Shown here one piece after another: positions 9,204 to 18,847 of a stretch of 64,000 nucleotides of DNA. Positions within the stretch are counted from its first letter, which is position 1, and each line of letters begins with the position of its first letter. The stretch comes from a virus. Taxonomy: Duplodnaviria > Caudoviricetes. The notes below the pieces were generated by a model. It was not told the origin of the DNA, did not search any database, and saw only the letters and a list, made by a program, of their open reading frames with translations. The position numbers and the translations under genes were made by a program. The DNA lies in the IMG/VR virus record IMGVR_UViG_3300011989_000257, positions 32,001 through 96,000 of that record; one strand, written 5' to 3'.

Positions 9204-9799
9204 CCTTTAATGTTTTTGAAAAAATTATTATCTTTTATGATGTCGCTCAAACTATTATAATTAAAATCTGCTTCATCCTTATGGATATTATTGAATTCTC
9301 GATTAATAAGAACAATTTTCTTCCCCTCTGGCTTATTCTTTTCAAAAAATTCATTTCTTGCAGTAATCACGACATCGCATTCGTTCCAAACTTCATCAAG
9401 ATTTTTAGGAAAAATAACTTTTCTTACTCTAGAACCAATTTTGCTCAAGAAGAAATAAGTGGATTGAATTGTCAATGCTACTTCATCCAAACTATAGAAA
9501 ATAATCCTAATTTCTTCATCTTCGATATTCTCAATTTCTGCTAACCAATTATTGATATCCCTTGGTAGATTTTTTTCAATTGCTGGACAAGCACCAAATA
9601 TCTCAAATGGGTAATCTATGTAAATAAAATTATTTTTCTGGTGCTTGCTCTCAAACTTCAAGTATTTATTAAAAATATCTACTTTATCATCCAAATCCTC
9701 CCATTCTAATGATGGGTCGAACTCTTTCGCATAATTCTTAAGAATCTGTCTGTTGATATTTCTAACGACATGATTCAATTCAATTCCAATTGTCAACAT
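9200..9799 (-). CDS. HAD-superfamily 5'(3')-deoxyribonucleotidase-like protein with degenerate motif I
   Basis: MLTIGIELNHVVRN matches NT5C-type IGIDxDxV with both Asp residues replaced; TYFFLSK; CDVVITA. Confidence 0.55.
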   Translation of the reverse strand: MLTIGIELNHVVRNINRQILKNYAKEFDPSLEWEDLDDKVDIFNKYLKFESKHQKNNFIYIDYPFEIFGACPAIEKNLPRDINNWLAEIENIEDEEIRIIFYSLDEVALTIQSTYFFLSKIGSRVRKVIFPKNLDEVWNECDVVITARNEFFEKNKPEGKKIVLINREFNNIHKDEADFNYNSLSDIIKDNNFFKNIKG

Positions 9800-9829
9800 A
9801 TTTTTCTTTTATTAAAAAATAATAATAAC

Positions 9830-10813
9830 TTATTCATTTTTCAATGCTTTTTTCATACAATCTTTGCAAATTGGTTTATGTCCATCTGCCTCTTGTATAT
9901 CTGCATCATAAACTGACATTTCCTTCCCACAAACTGAACAATATCTCTTTCTCTCAGCATTAACCATTTCTGGTGCGACATCCTTCTTTTCCTTCTTTGC
10001 ATATTTCTCAGCCATAGATTTTGAATAATATTTAGATTCCAAATCAACTGGAAGTCTCAAATATTCATCCCAAGTTAATGTCAATAGATATTCATAATCT
10101 TTTTGTTTAAACTCCTTGAACTTCCCCCCCTTTATGAAACTATAGTTAACAAGGTCATCCTCATTATATGCTTTATATGTCGTAAAAGATAAATTATATA
10201 TTGAAGTCGCTATTTCATTCCTAGAAATTTCGTATTCACTTTTAGCTGTTAGTAACTTTTTCAATTCATTAATGAATGGCATTGATGCCGCATCATATGG
10301 GTCTGGTTCTGTGCTAAAATGTAATGTTGTCTCAACCTTACCTATTTTTTCATCAATATCAACATCAACACTTTTTGCAAACTTATCAACCTTGAACCTT
10401 ACAAAGGTATTATAATCTATTTCAAAACGGTATTTCTCAATACCATATTTCCCAACTTGATTCATTGCGCTCAAAACAGATTCGCAGATGTTTTCATTGT
10501 CTTGTGAAAACTTAAAACGTGTCTTATCCTTTGTTTTTTTCTTTTCTTCTTTAACGGCAACGCCATTTCCCAAATACTTATACTTTTCAGACTCGTTAGC
10601 AACCTTATATGTTCTATATCTAAGTTCCTCAACCTCTTGAGTCACTTCACCTTTTAGCAAATGCTTAGCAACCCTCTTGTCGCTTACTTGTTGGTTTATC
10701 TCAGTTCCTGCTTGGTCTGCCTCTCCACCACCCATTATTTCATCGTTAGCAGCCTTTAAACCAAAAGGTAGACCATACCATAAGTTTAAAAATATTTTCT
10801 TTATTTTATTCAT
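9830..10813 (-). CDS. hypothetical protein with C-terminal zinc finger
   Basis: CSVCGK...ICKDC at the C-terminus. Confidence 0.65.
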   Translation of the reverse strand: MNKIKKIFLNLWYGLPFGLKAANDEIMGGGEADQAGTEINQQVSDKRVAKHLLKGEVTQEVEELRYRTYKVANESEKYKYLGNGVAVKEEKKKTKDKTRFKFSQDNENICESVLSAMNQVGKYGIEKYRFEIDYNTFVRFKVDKFAKSVDVDIDEKIGKVETTLHFSTEPDPYDAASMPFINELKKLLTAKSEYEISRNEIATSIYNLSFTTYKAYNEDDLVNYSFIKGGKFKEFKQKDYEYLLTLTWDEYLRLPVDLESKYYSKSMAEKYAKKEKKDVAPEMVNAERKRYCSVCGKEMSVYDADIQEADGHKPICKDCMKKALKNE

Positions 10814-11057
10814 AATCTATTTCAGTCAATAATCTTTTTTTTAATTCATTAGTTAATTTATCCTTTACTGCAAAATATTCTTGTCTTTCCCTAATCATAT
10901 TACGTATATCATTTGGGGTATCATACGTTGGGTCAAGTACATTATCTCCTGTGGCTAAAACATATCCATCAGTCATCTTCGAATATTCCCTACAAATATC
11001 ACATGCTATATTATATGCTGTAAACACTTGTTCAATACTCATTTCACTCAATTTCAT
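10806..11057 (-). CDS. hypothetical protein
   Basis: 83-aa ORF in the operon. Confidence 0.55.
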   Translation of the reverse strand: MKLSEMSIEQVFTAYNIACDICREYSKMTDGYVLATGDNVLDPTYDTPNDIRNMIRERQEYFAVKDKLTNELKKRLLTEIDYE

Positions 11058-11077
11058 ACTGCAAAAATTATGCCAAA

Positions 11078-11767
11078 TTATTTTAAAATATCAATAGGAT
11101 AATATTTTCCAAACCTATTATTTATTATTTCCCTATTTTCATACCATGTTGGTTTCAATTTCCCAACTGAATTATGTGCTAATCTAATATTGGTAGTAAC
11201 TCCTATTTTACATTTCTTTGCTTCCCAATTAGAAAGGCAGAAATAAATATCGTAAAAGTCAAACCCAGAAAGTTCTCTACTGAAATTCTCAGCTATTCTT
11301 CTCTTATGCACAGCCATAAATAAACCATCAATTACAACAACTTCTTGCAAATCCTTATCAAGCAATGGGGAAAATGCAGTAAGCCATGACTTACCATCTG
11401 CCCTATGTAGAACTTGTCCAAACTTCTTCTCATAATTCCACCAAGCAGCATTGGTATCAAATTGAGCAGACCCTGCAACACCAATGATTCCATAATCCTC
11501 GTGTTCATTAAAAAGTCTTAACACTTCCTTTCCCCACCCTTTTTTCAAAAACTCGATGTCATCATGTATAAAAACTAATATATCACTATCAATTTCACTA
11601 TTTACAGTCATATCTGCATATATTTTTGAAATTGATACTCCTTCTGGATTGTGTATCATATATACATGTGTATCACACCCACAAGTTTCCTTAATGTGCT
11701 CAATAAAATTTTTGTTCTCTTCTGTTGTCTTTTTTGAACAAACAATAACCCCTATACTTTTATCCAT
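11078..11767 (-). CDS. glycosyltransferase-like protein (GT-A fold)
   Basis: VFIHDDIEF, GIIGVAGS, VVVIDGLFMAV, FDFYDIYFCL, HNSVG; start reassigned to MDKSIGV at 11767. Confidence 0.75.
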   Translation of the reverse strand: MDKSIGVIVCSKKTTEENKNFIEHIKETCGCDTHVYMIHNPEGVSISKIYADMTVNSEIDSDILVFIHDDIEFLKKGWGKEVLRLFNEHEDYGIIGVAGSAQFDTNAAWWNYEKKFGQVLHRADGKSWLTAFSPLLDKDLQEVVVIDGLFMAVHKRRIAENFSRELSGFDFYDIYFCLSNWEAKKCKIGVTTNIRLAHNSVGKLKPTWYENREIINNRFGKYYPIDILK

Positions 11768-11829
11768 AGTTTTATTTAAAAAATAAAAAAAGTGAATAAG
11801 AAACAAACTCTTATTCACTTTTTTTTTCA

Positions 11830-12858
11830 TCATTTATTTACAGCATTCACTGCATTTTGTGAATTTACAAGTAAAATTGTCTTTTCTCTGACCTCATCCA
11901 ATGTGTTTGTGCCAAGATAGGACATTGCTGAACGAAGATAATCGGTAAAATTCCTTGTCCATCCTTCCATTGTATATTCAACCTTAAGAAGTTTTTTAAC
12001 GCCCTCGCTAGTCTTTGTTTTCTCACCATTCATAGCAATCTGTCCTTCCCTAGAAGCCATACCATAGAAAGTGGCAAATGATTCTCCATCTATTTCTTGT
12101 TTCGGGGCTGCTGATTCAGCCATCTTTGCGAAAACGCTTCCTATCATAACATAATCAGCACCAAGGGCAATTGCCTTTATAATATCACGGTAGCCTCTTA
12201 TACCTCCATCTGCAATAATACATGGCAGCTTTTCGTATTTTTTTTCTTCTTCCAATTTCCTCTTAATAAGATAAGTATCATTCACCAATGATGCCATAGG
12301 TTTATGAACTCCAGTATTGGAAGTGCTAAGACATCCCTTACCTCCACCGATTCCAACTCTAACATAATCAAAGCCAGCATCTGCATAAAATTCATATGTT
12401 TCCTCATTGGCAATGTTACCACCCATAAGGATTAGGTTTCTACCCCATATTGACTTTGCTTTCTTGGCTGCATCGAATAGTCTCTGCATGTGTCCGTTGG
12501 CAACATCAATCAATGCTCTCATTGGGAATCCCTTGAACATTGGAATCACTGGTGTACAGAAATAATGAATAAACTCGTCAAGTGAAAAAGCTGCCCATTT
12601 TCCTCCAGTTGCATATGTTACCCTAGTTTCAAGTGGGTATTGCTCAACTCTAGGCAATATTGCATGTATCTTGTTTGTTTCAAACAATGCAAAGTTTGTC
12701 TCATTCACAACAGTGTCCATCGGTGCTGTAAACAATGGCAACATATCATCCTTATCAAAAGGAATGCATTCTATGCGATGGTTTATATTACTAACAACAC
12801 ATGGCTTAATCGTCAAGTCTTCATATGTGTAATGTATTCTCTCATCTATTAGCCCCAT
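11830..12858 (-). CDS. IMP dehydrogenase / GMP reductase family protein
   Basis: PLFTAPMDTV, IDVANGH, GGNIA, RVGIGGGKGCLS (catalytic Cys), IIADGGIR, GADYVMIG, FYGMAS, LRSAMSYLG. Confidence 0.9.
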   Translation of the reverse strand: MGLIDERIHYTYEDLTIKPCVVSNINHRIECIPFDKDDMLPLFTAPMDTVVNETNFALFETNKIHAILPRVEQYPLETRVTYATGGKWAAFSLDEFIHYFCTPVIPMFKGFPMRALIDVANGHMQRLFDAAKKAKSIWGRNLILMGGNIANEETYEFYADAGFDYVRVGIGGGKGCLSTSNTGVHKPMASLVNDTYLIKRKLEEEKKYEKLPCIIADGGIRGYRDIIKAIALGADYVMIGSVFAKMAESAAPKQEIDGESFATFYGMASREGQIAMNGEKTKTSEGVKKLLKVEYTMEGWTRNFTDYLRSAMSYLGTNTLDEVREKTILLVNSQNAVNAVNK

Positions 12859-13432
12859 TATAAATCCTCCCTTTTCGCTTTATTGAATAATCTAATTCAA
12901 TTGGTTCTGTCTCATTTATTTTCATGATGCAATCAAGACACATATATTCTCTTACATCTTTAAAGTCTTTCCCTTCAGTACCATATATATGACCATGCAT
13001 GTAACCTTCCTTAATGTTAAGTGTGTCAACAACCACTATATCTCGTTCATCAGTCCAAGGTCTTTTATATGTTACTATATCCCCAACCTTCAATATATTT
13101 TCATCTATTATTATGTTATGCACCACAAAGTAGTGCCAACGCTTTATAGCATTAATAAACTTGTCTGTAGCCATTCCAGTGATTAATGGAATAGAATAAT
13201 CATAACTTGCATACTGTATATTCATACTGTATGAACTAAGAATCCTATCCATCAGTCCTAAAAATCCATTTCTATATACAATATCATGTATCCACTTTTC
13301 AAAACTTATTTTCTCTGACTTATTGCCACTAACCAAATACCTCGTTGGGGAACATGTATAATACATTCCTCTTATGTTGGCCATTATTCCTTGTTCCTTA
13401 CAAAACCATTTAAAAACTTGTACGTCTGTCAT
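12842..13432 (-). CDS. hypothetical protein
   Basis: 196-aa ORF overlapping both neighbours. Confidence 0.6.
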   Translation of the reverse strand: MTDVQVFKWFCKEQGIMANIRGMYYTCSPTRYLVSGNKSEKISFEKWIHDIVYRNGFLGLMDRILSSYSMNIQYASYDYSIPLITGMATDKFINAIKRWHYFVVHNIIIDENILKVGDIVTYKRPWTDERDIVVVDTLNIKEGYMHGHIYGTEGKDFKDVREYMCLDCIMKINETEPIELDYSIKRKGRIYNGANR

Positions 13433-13992
13433 TTCTTATTATTAATCGTTAGATAAGTTAATTCATTTGCTTGTCTTATAATACTTGCCATTATGCTAGC
13501 ATGCCACCTTGCTTGGTCATCTGATAAATCCCTATCATTGATAGTCATTGCCTCAATCTCTTCAGTATTTAACGGAATGCCACACTCAAAACATATCGAA
13601 ACAGAATGAAGACCAGTACGAATTGAAGGTAAATCACTGTTATATTTATAAACCAACCCTCTTTTCTCAACTTCCCATTGATTATCATTTGGAATCAATC
13701 TAACTGCCTTTGCAATCTGATGCAACAAACATAATTTAACTAAAGTACCCTTATCAGCTCTTTTCTCCTCTGGAAGTAATTCATTAATTCTAACAGCATA
13801 TGGAGTTAATACCTTTAAAACAATCTCAATCAACGAGCCATCATAAGCATTTCCGAATTCATTTGAATTGGTGAAACTACCATTAAATAAATTCATTCCA
13901 TATTTCTCTTTCAAATATGAGGTATCTATACCTAATTCCTCAAGTTTCTTAAAAAATAAATTTAAGTTTTTTTTCTTTATTTCCTCTGTCAT
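13429..13992 (-). CDS. HD-domain-like protein with degenerate metal ligands
   Basis: NAYDGSL, LCLLHQIAKA (HD to HQ), EEIEAM, IIRQANEL match a phage HD-fold layout; host-type promoter upstream. Confidence 0.55.
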   Translation of the reverse strand: MTEEIKKKNLNLFFKKLEELGIDTSYLKEKYGMNLFNGSFTNSNEFGNAYDGSLIEIVLKVLTPYAVRINELLPEEKRADKGTLVKLCLLHQIAKAVRLIPNDNQWEVEKRGLVYKYNSDLPSIRTGLHSVSICFECGIPLNTEEIEAMTINDRDLSDDQARWHASIMASIIRQANELTYLTINNKK

Positions 13993-14019
13993 AATTTTAA
14001 AATTTGTTAAGTTCTATTG

Positions 14020-14051
14020 CAAAGATATACAAAATTTGTTAAAATTCCAAA
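14020..14051 (-). promoter_or_regulatory. Bacteroidota primary-sigma promoter (TTTG-N20-TATCTTTG)
   Basis: Exact -33/-7 consensus; near-identical 37-bp copy at 19907..19943. Confidence 0.8.
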
Positions 14052-14081
14052 AAAATGGGAAGACTTTTTTTGTCCTCCCAT
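14049..14081 (-). terminator. intrinsic terminator
   Basis: ATGGGAGGAC-7nt-GTCTTCCCAT-TTTTTT on the minus strand. Confidence 0.7.
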
Positions 14082-14086
14082 TCTTT

Positions 14087-14242
14087 TTATATGTATTCAA
14101 CAATTTCAATAAACGCCTTATGTTCTTCCTTTTCTTTATCTTCCCACCAATTTATAACATCTTGCGGTGGTTCAAAGTTGAAAACCATTGGGTCACGTCT
14201 AAGAGGTTCCCAGACTTCTTTCTTTATGTGTACAATCTTCAT
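14087..14242 (-). CDS. small hypothetical protein (51 aa)
   Basis: MKIVHIKKEVWEPLRRDPMVFNFEPPQDVINWWEDKEKEEHKAFIEIVEYI*, read manually; ends just before the terminator. Confidence 0.5.
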   Translation of the reverse strand: MKIVHIKKEVWEPLRRDPMVFNFEPPQDVINWWEDKEKEEHKAFIEIVEYI

Positions 14243-14266
14243 ACCCAATTAAATCTATTAATGCCA

Positions 14267-15457
14267 TTATTCTTCAGAATCTTCTTCAGTGAATTGTACA
14301 TCATTTTCTGTAATGTCAAGTTTCTTACCACTTGTCTCTTCAATCTTTGCAAGAATATCCTTCATGTAGGTTTTCTTGTATTCCTCTAGTGCCTTTGGAT
14401 TCAATAGACCATTATGCACACAAGACATTTCACCTTCGTATGTTACGTTCCAAGGTGTTGGCAATTGATTCTTTGTTGTCCTAATCTTAGTTGTGATGCC
14501 ATACTGATATTTGCTACCTTTTGCAGTTGCATCTAGCTTTTTTGTAGCAGCCTTACCGATACCTCCAAGATGAATAATCAATCTTGCGCCATAGAAGAAC
14601 GTCTTACCTCCCTTAAGCTCAATTGAAGGAACACCACCCATTGAATTCATTGAGTCATTCCAAATCTTATTAACACAGAAAAATGTATTAGTATATTCCT
14701 CACTAACCTTCTTTGAAGATGGAATTCTATTATTGATAATATTACTGAATGACTGAGAAATAGCACCTGCATCAAACATGTTATTACCACTCTTGCTCTC
14801 AAGTGACTTAAATGACTGAATAGAACCGATTGAGTCCCAAATAAAGCACATTGGTTGTTGAATTTCGCCTCTGTCTTGAGCATCTAGCAAGTCATTAATT
14901 GAATATGCAATATCCTCAAGAACTGCTTCCTTACGCTTAGTCTTTGACTCCTTACCAGTTGAGTAGTCACGATTACCGTACATTTCAGCAAGAATCTTAT
15001 TATCAAAATATAAGAACTCACCGTCATAGTTGATAATTCTTTTCTCAGTATGAGTTGTAATCTCTCCAGTTTCCTCATCAACATCCTCAACCTCTACGTC
15101 ATCGTAAATAGGGGTCGCTTTCATTCCACAATCAATTGCATATTGGAAATCGAAGTTATTTTCAGTCTCATATATAACTGGAAGTATTCCATTATTGATA
15201 CATGACGCAATAAGACAATTCTTAATGGTTGATTTACCAGTGTTTGACCATCCAGTTACGATTGTAAGATAACCCTTTGGAATACCTGGAAGTTTAATTG
15301 CATCTGCAAATGCCTCTGGAAGTGGAATAAAGTCTGTTGGTTTATCTGCAACAGACTTTACCAAATCCTTATTTGATTTCATTGTTAATCCATATTTTTC
15401 CTTAAAACTAGCTATACTAGGCTTTTTAAACTCTTTTTTCTTAATTGGTTGCTTCAT
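14267..15457 (-). CDS. uvsX: RecA/UvsX-like recombinase
   Basis: Walker A GWSNTGKST, Walker B FIWDSIGS, KGGKTFFYGA, KIRTTKN. Confidence 0.85.
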   Translation of the reverse strand: MKQPIKKKEFKKPSIASFKEKYGLTMKSNKDLVKSVADKPTDFIPLPEAFADAIKLPGIPKGYLTIVTGWSNTGKSTIKNCLIASCINNGILPVIYETENNFDFQYAIDCGMKATPIYDDVEVEDVDEETGEITTHTEKRIINYDGEFLYFDNKILAEMYGNRDYSTGKESKTKRKEAVLEDIAYSINDLLDAQDRGEIQQPMCFIWDSIGSIQSFKSLESKSGNNMFDAGAISQSFSNIINNRIPSSKKVSEEYTNTFFCVNKIWNDSMNSMGGVPSIELKGGKTFFYGARLIIHLGGIGKAATKKLDATAKGSKYQYGITTKIRTTKNQLPTPWNVTYEGEMSCVHNGLLNPKALEEYKKTYMKDILAKIEETSGKKLDITENDVQFTEEDSEE

Positions 15458-15470
15458 AACTTAATCTATC

Positions 15471-15683
15471 TTATAAAATATTATTTCTCGGAACTGCATA
15501 AAGTTTTCCTTCATCATGGTTATTGATAATTATTGAACTAAAGATGTTATCCATATCGTTATCATCAACGACTATTCCATTTATGATTCTGAAATTATTT
15601 GGTTTGAAAAATTCATCCCTCCAGTTATCATACCATTTGAATTTAACTCTTTCTCCTTTTCTATAACAGCGTGTTAGTCTCAT
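15471..15683 (-). CDS. small hypothetical protein
   Basis: 70-aa ORF between tdk and uvsX. Confidence 0.5.
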   Translation of the reverse strand: MRLTRCYRKGERVKFKWYDNWRDEFFKPNNFRIINGIVVDDNDMDNIFSSIIINNHDEGKLYAVPRNNIL

Positions 15684-15684
15684 T

Positions 15685-16302
15685 TTATTTTTCCTTTAAA
15701 AGTTTGTCTCTAACTTTGTCTTTCCAACATTTTCTGCAAATAGCTCTGTACTTATCATTACCACCAATCATTACTTGGTCACCCTCAGTGACAATTTCAC
15801 CATTTTCATCGAATCTAGCATTGATTGATGTTTTTCTGTCTCCGCACTCACAAGTTGACTTAATCTCTTCTATATCATCTGCAAGTTCAAAAAGACGTTT
15901 AGACCCTGGAAATAATTTAGATTTAAAATCTGTTCTCAAACCAAAGCACATCACATTAATATCTAGAAAGTCAACAACATCAGATAATTGGTCTACTTGT
16001 TCTTCCGTAAGGAATTGACATTCATCTATTATAACCCACTTAAGAGTTTCTAACTGTGCGTCTAAGACATTCTTGTATGCCTTTATAGCTTTATATAGAT
16101 TAATTTCTTTATCAATCATAATACATTTACGTTCAAGTCCAGCACGTGAATGAATAATTCCTTCTCCATCCCTAGTATCCAACGATGGCTTAAGTACCAT
16201 TATTTGTACGCCTTTCTCCTCAAAATTGTAAGCTGTACTCAATAGCCTCAGTGTCTTTGCTGAGGCCATTGACCCGTAATAAAATTTTAAATGCTTTGCC
16301 AT
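15685..16302 (-). CDS. tdk: thymidine kinase
   Basis: YGSMASAKT, IIDECQFL, FGLRTDF, LFPGSKRLFELAD, CECG, IGGNDKYRAICRKC. Confidence 0.95.
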   Translation of the reverse strand: MAKHLKFYYGSMASAKTLRLLSTAYNFEEKGVQIMVLKPSLDTRDGEGIIHSRAGLERKCIMIDKEINLYKAIKAYKNVLDAQLETLKWVIIDECQFLTEEQVDQLSDVVDFLDINVMCFGLRTDFKSKLFPGSKRLFELADDIEEIKSTCECGDRKTSINARFDENGEIVTEGDQVMIGGNDKYRAICRKCWKDKVRDKLLKEK

Positions 16303-16324
16303 ATTGATTTATAAACATTGCCTA

Positions 16325-17326
16325 TTAGAACGGTAAGTCATCCTCATCGTCATCATCTTTGACATCATTACCATCAATTATATTTACACCACTAGATTCT
16401 GCTATGTCAGAGAAATCTTTTGTTGGCTCTGTAAGGGATTCTTCAATCCTTTGTTTCTCAGCCTCTTCCTTCACCTTGACAAGTTCTTCCTTATCAATAT
16501 ACCTGTTTTCTTCCTTGCTAAATACTGGAACTCCACCCATAGCAATGATGCTCATATACTCATATGATTTAACCGTATATACCTCATCCCATTGCTTGCT
16601 ATCATGAATCCATTTTTCACCAAGTTCAAAATCATCTGAAAGCGCTGATGGAACACCAGCATCAATAATCTGAATTGCGGTTTTATTATCTGAGGTTCTT
16701 GAAAGAGTTACAATCAAATCCAAGCCATTATTAAGGTCGAAGATACTATAGGTATTTCCCTTCTTTGCTGCCGCTTCTGAACGAATCTTTGCCAAATTCA
16801 TAATCTTGTCATATACGCCATCCTTCTTCTTGGAAGAATTGAAAAGCCAAAATTTAACACCATCTTCTTCATGGTCACGCTCGATGCAGCGAACAATCCA
16901 CATCTCCTTAACACGATTAAGGAACTCCACATCTCCATACTTCTTCTTTGTGGGTTCATCAAGTGACTTTGACTTAAGTTCACGTGCCTTTGCAGATGTC
17001 TCGCAAAATGGACACTTATCACCCATTACAGAGCCATCTTTCTTGTTGTGCGTAGGGCACACAAAAGTCTTCCACCCACTAGGTGAAACCTCTTTATTAA
17101 CCTTTACGGTATGCATGAAAACTTTCTTGAAAGGACTACCACCTTCTGGGGAGAATGGCAACAGTCTAATTGTAAGTGTTTTTGAATCTTCGTTTGACGT
17201 AAGTCTAGCTTGTAAATAATTTTTTGTGTCAAACTGAGTCTTCTTAACAGGTTGTTTCTGTTCTTGTTCATACTGATTTCTTACTGCGTCATCATCAATG
17301 TTAACGCTAAAATTCTTGTTACTCAT
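16325..17326 (-). CDS. single-stranded DNA-binding protein, T4 gp32-like
   Basis: TIRLLP, H...CP...CPFC Zn ligands, GVKFW, FDLNNGLD, acidic tail ending DDLPF. Confidence 0.85.
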   Translation of the reverse strand: MSNKNFSVNIDDDAVRNQYEQEQKQPVKKTQFDTKNYLQARLTSNEDSKTLTIRLLPFSPEGGSPFKKVFMHTVKVNKEVSPSGWKTFVCPTHNKKDGSVMGDKCPFCETSAKARELKSKSLDEPTKKKYGDVEFLNRVKEMWIVRCIERDHEEDGVKFWLFNSSKKKDGVYDKIMNLAKIRSEAAAKKGNTYSIFDLNNGLDLIVTLSRTSDNKTAIQIIDAGVPSALSDDFELGEKWIHDSKQWDEVYTVKSYEYMSIIAMGGVPVFSKEENRYIDKEELVKVKEEAEKQRIEESLTEPTKDFSDIAESSGVNIIDGNDVKDDDDEDDLPF

Positions 17327-17390
17327 AATTTAAATTGTTTTAAAAATATTATTGATGCACACCTGAATATGTGCTTAAAAATTTATATTG

Positions 17391-17422
17391 CAAAGATATA
17401 GAAAAAAAATGTAAAATCCAAA
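17391..17422 (-). promoter_or_regulatory. Bacteroidota primary-sigma promoter driving the ssb-tdk-uvsX operon
   Basis: TTTG-N20-TATCTTTG. Confidence 0.8.
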
Positions 17423-17464
17423 TAAATTCCTAGTTATTTTCCTGTATTTAACTAGGAATTTATT
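17421..17464 (-). terminator. terminator hairpin (16-bp perfect stem)
   Basis: AATAAATTCCTAGTTA-12nt-TAACTAGGAATTTATT. Confidence 0.7.
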
Positions 17465-17466
17465 AC

Positions 17467-17724
17467 CTAAATTTCTGTTAAGCCACCATCAATAGTTTCC
17501 AATTCATCATTGGCAGCATTAAGATATTGCCCTATTTTGGTAACATGTGGATTAGGCTCTTGTCCTAATCTAGAACACATTGTCATATGGTCTCTGATTA
17601 CTTGTAATGCATCAGACAAACTTATCTTCAATTCATATTTCAAATTGTCCAAATCATCATTGCCATATCCTATCTCATTGAGAAGCTTGTTGTATGCCTC
17701 TTCATTTAATTTAACTGTTTTCAT
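17467..17724 (-). CDS. small putative head-internal protein with leader-like N-terminus
   Basis: MKTVKLNEEAYNKLLNE resembles the shared KKIIRLTES leader; last gene of the late operon starting at 18867. Confidence 0.55.
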   Translation of the reverse strand: MKTVKLNEEAYNKLLNEIGYGNDDLDNLKYELKISLSDALQVIRDHMTMCSRLGQEPNPHVTKIGQYLNAANDELETIDGGLTEI

Positions 17725-17727
17725 GTA

Positions 17728-18594
17728 TTAAAAATTGAACAATTTATCAAGTGTCTGGACATCATCATCATCAATTTTGAAGAATGTCTTAGCAATGTCA
17801 TCAGATGGATTGTCCACGTCATCGTTGGTAATTACGTATTCTTGTGTTGTAGGCTCTGCATTGTCAGAATAAGCTTCATAACCGCCTTCCTTTGCTTTTT
17901 CAGCCCAATACTCATTTGGTTTCACATTGAAAGGATATGAATCAAGAGAGCGCAAATTAAGTTTTTCAGTCTGGGTTGGATTTCTTTTCTCAAACTCAGC
18001 CTTCAACGCTTCTATCTCACTGTTGTTGCTATCAACCTTAGACAAAAGGTTATTGATGGTATCAATCAACGATGTAATCCTATTATCAACCTTTGACAAG
18101 TCCCTACCGATACGATTCTGCTTAACATTAAGTTTATCCTCAGCTTTGGTTAATCCATCTATATCAATAGTTTCACCATCATCCTCACTCATGTCACCAT
18201 CTGCATCAGCTAGCGGGTCTTCGCCGCCCATATCGCCTCCCATTGGGTCAGCCATTGGGTCAGCACCCATAGCGTTTGGGTCTCCTCCACCCATAGGATT
18301 TGCATTAGGGTCACCTCCCATTGGGTCAGCACCCATTGCATTTGGGTCTTGAGGCATTCCACCACCCATTGCATTTGGGTCTCCTCCACCCATAGGGTCT
18401 TGTCCTCCCATTGCATTTGGGTCTTGAGGCATTCCACCACCCATAGCATTTGGGTCTTGTTGGTCTTCACCAGCCTCCTCTATTTCTTCCTCTGGAAATG
18501 AAGTTGGTATATACGCCTCACTGAGACGCATAAAATGTTTATGTGCCTCATACAGATTATTTTCCTTAAGATACTTAACGTTAGTCTTTGCCAT
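17728..18594 (-). CDS. acidic, Gly/Met/Pro-repeat putative prohead core protein
   Basis: LSE/A and IEE/A sites, DPNAMGG repeats, coiled coil; late operon. Confidence 0.6.
   Translation of the reverse strand: MAKTNVKYLKENNLYEAHKHFMRLSEAYIPTSFPEEEIEEAGEDQQDPNAMGGGMPQDPNAMGGQDPMGGGDPNAMGGGMPQDPNAMGADPMGGDPNANPMGGGDPNAMGADPMADPMGGDMGGEDPLADADGDMSEDDGETIDIDGLTKAEDKLNVKQNRIGRDLSKVDNRITSLIDTINNLLSKVDSNNSEIEALKAEFEKRNPTQTEKLNLRSLDSYPFNVKPNEYWAEKAKEGGYEAYSDNAEPTTQEYVITNDDVDNPSDDIAKTFFKIDDDDVQTLDKLFNF
18235..18460 (-). repeat. degenerate tandem coding repeat (DPNAMGG / PQDPNAMG units)
   Basis: Repeated CATTGCATTTGGGTC / CCCATTGGGTC units on the plus strand. Confidence 0.85.
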
Positions 18595-18601
18595 TGTTAT
18601 A

Positions 18602-18847
18602 TTAATCGTTCAAAAGTTCTTTATTGTCCTCAGTTAAAATGGTCTTTGAACTTTCAGTTCTCTCTATAAGACCCTTGTCCTTTTTAACTCTCTTTACTGG
18701 AGCTGCTACTTCTGTGCCACTAAGTACACTCTGAGCCATTGCTATCTTTTCGCTTGTAGTCATAACTTGCTTATTTTCTTGAATATTATTTTCAACCTTC
18801 TTCTGAGGTTTCATATTATTTATGTGCTTTATAATAAATCTTCCCAT
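18602..18847 (-). CDS. small hypothetical late protein
   Basis: 81 aa, ATATTTAT motif at 18867..18874. Confidence 0.65.
   Translation of the reverse strand: MGRFIIKHINNMKPQKKVENNIQENKQVMTTSEKIAMAQSVLSGTEVAAPVKRVKKDKGLIERTESSKTILTEDNKELLND

Noticed and set aside
14199-14267. Short ORF MALIDLIGYED... after uvsX resembling the IMPDH N-terminus (MGLIDERIHYTYED)
   Set aside because: Match is too short to distinguish from chance; a better 51-aa ORF covers the gap.
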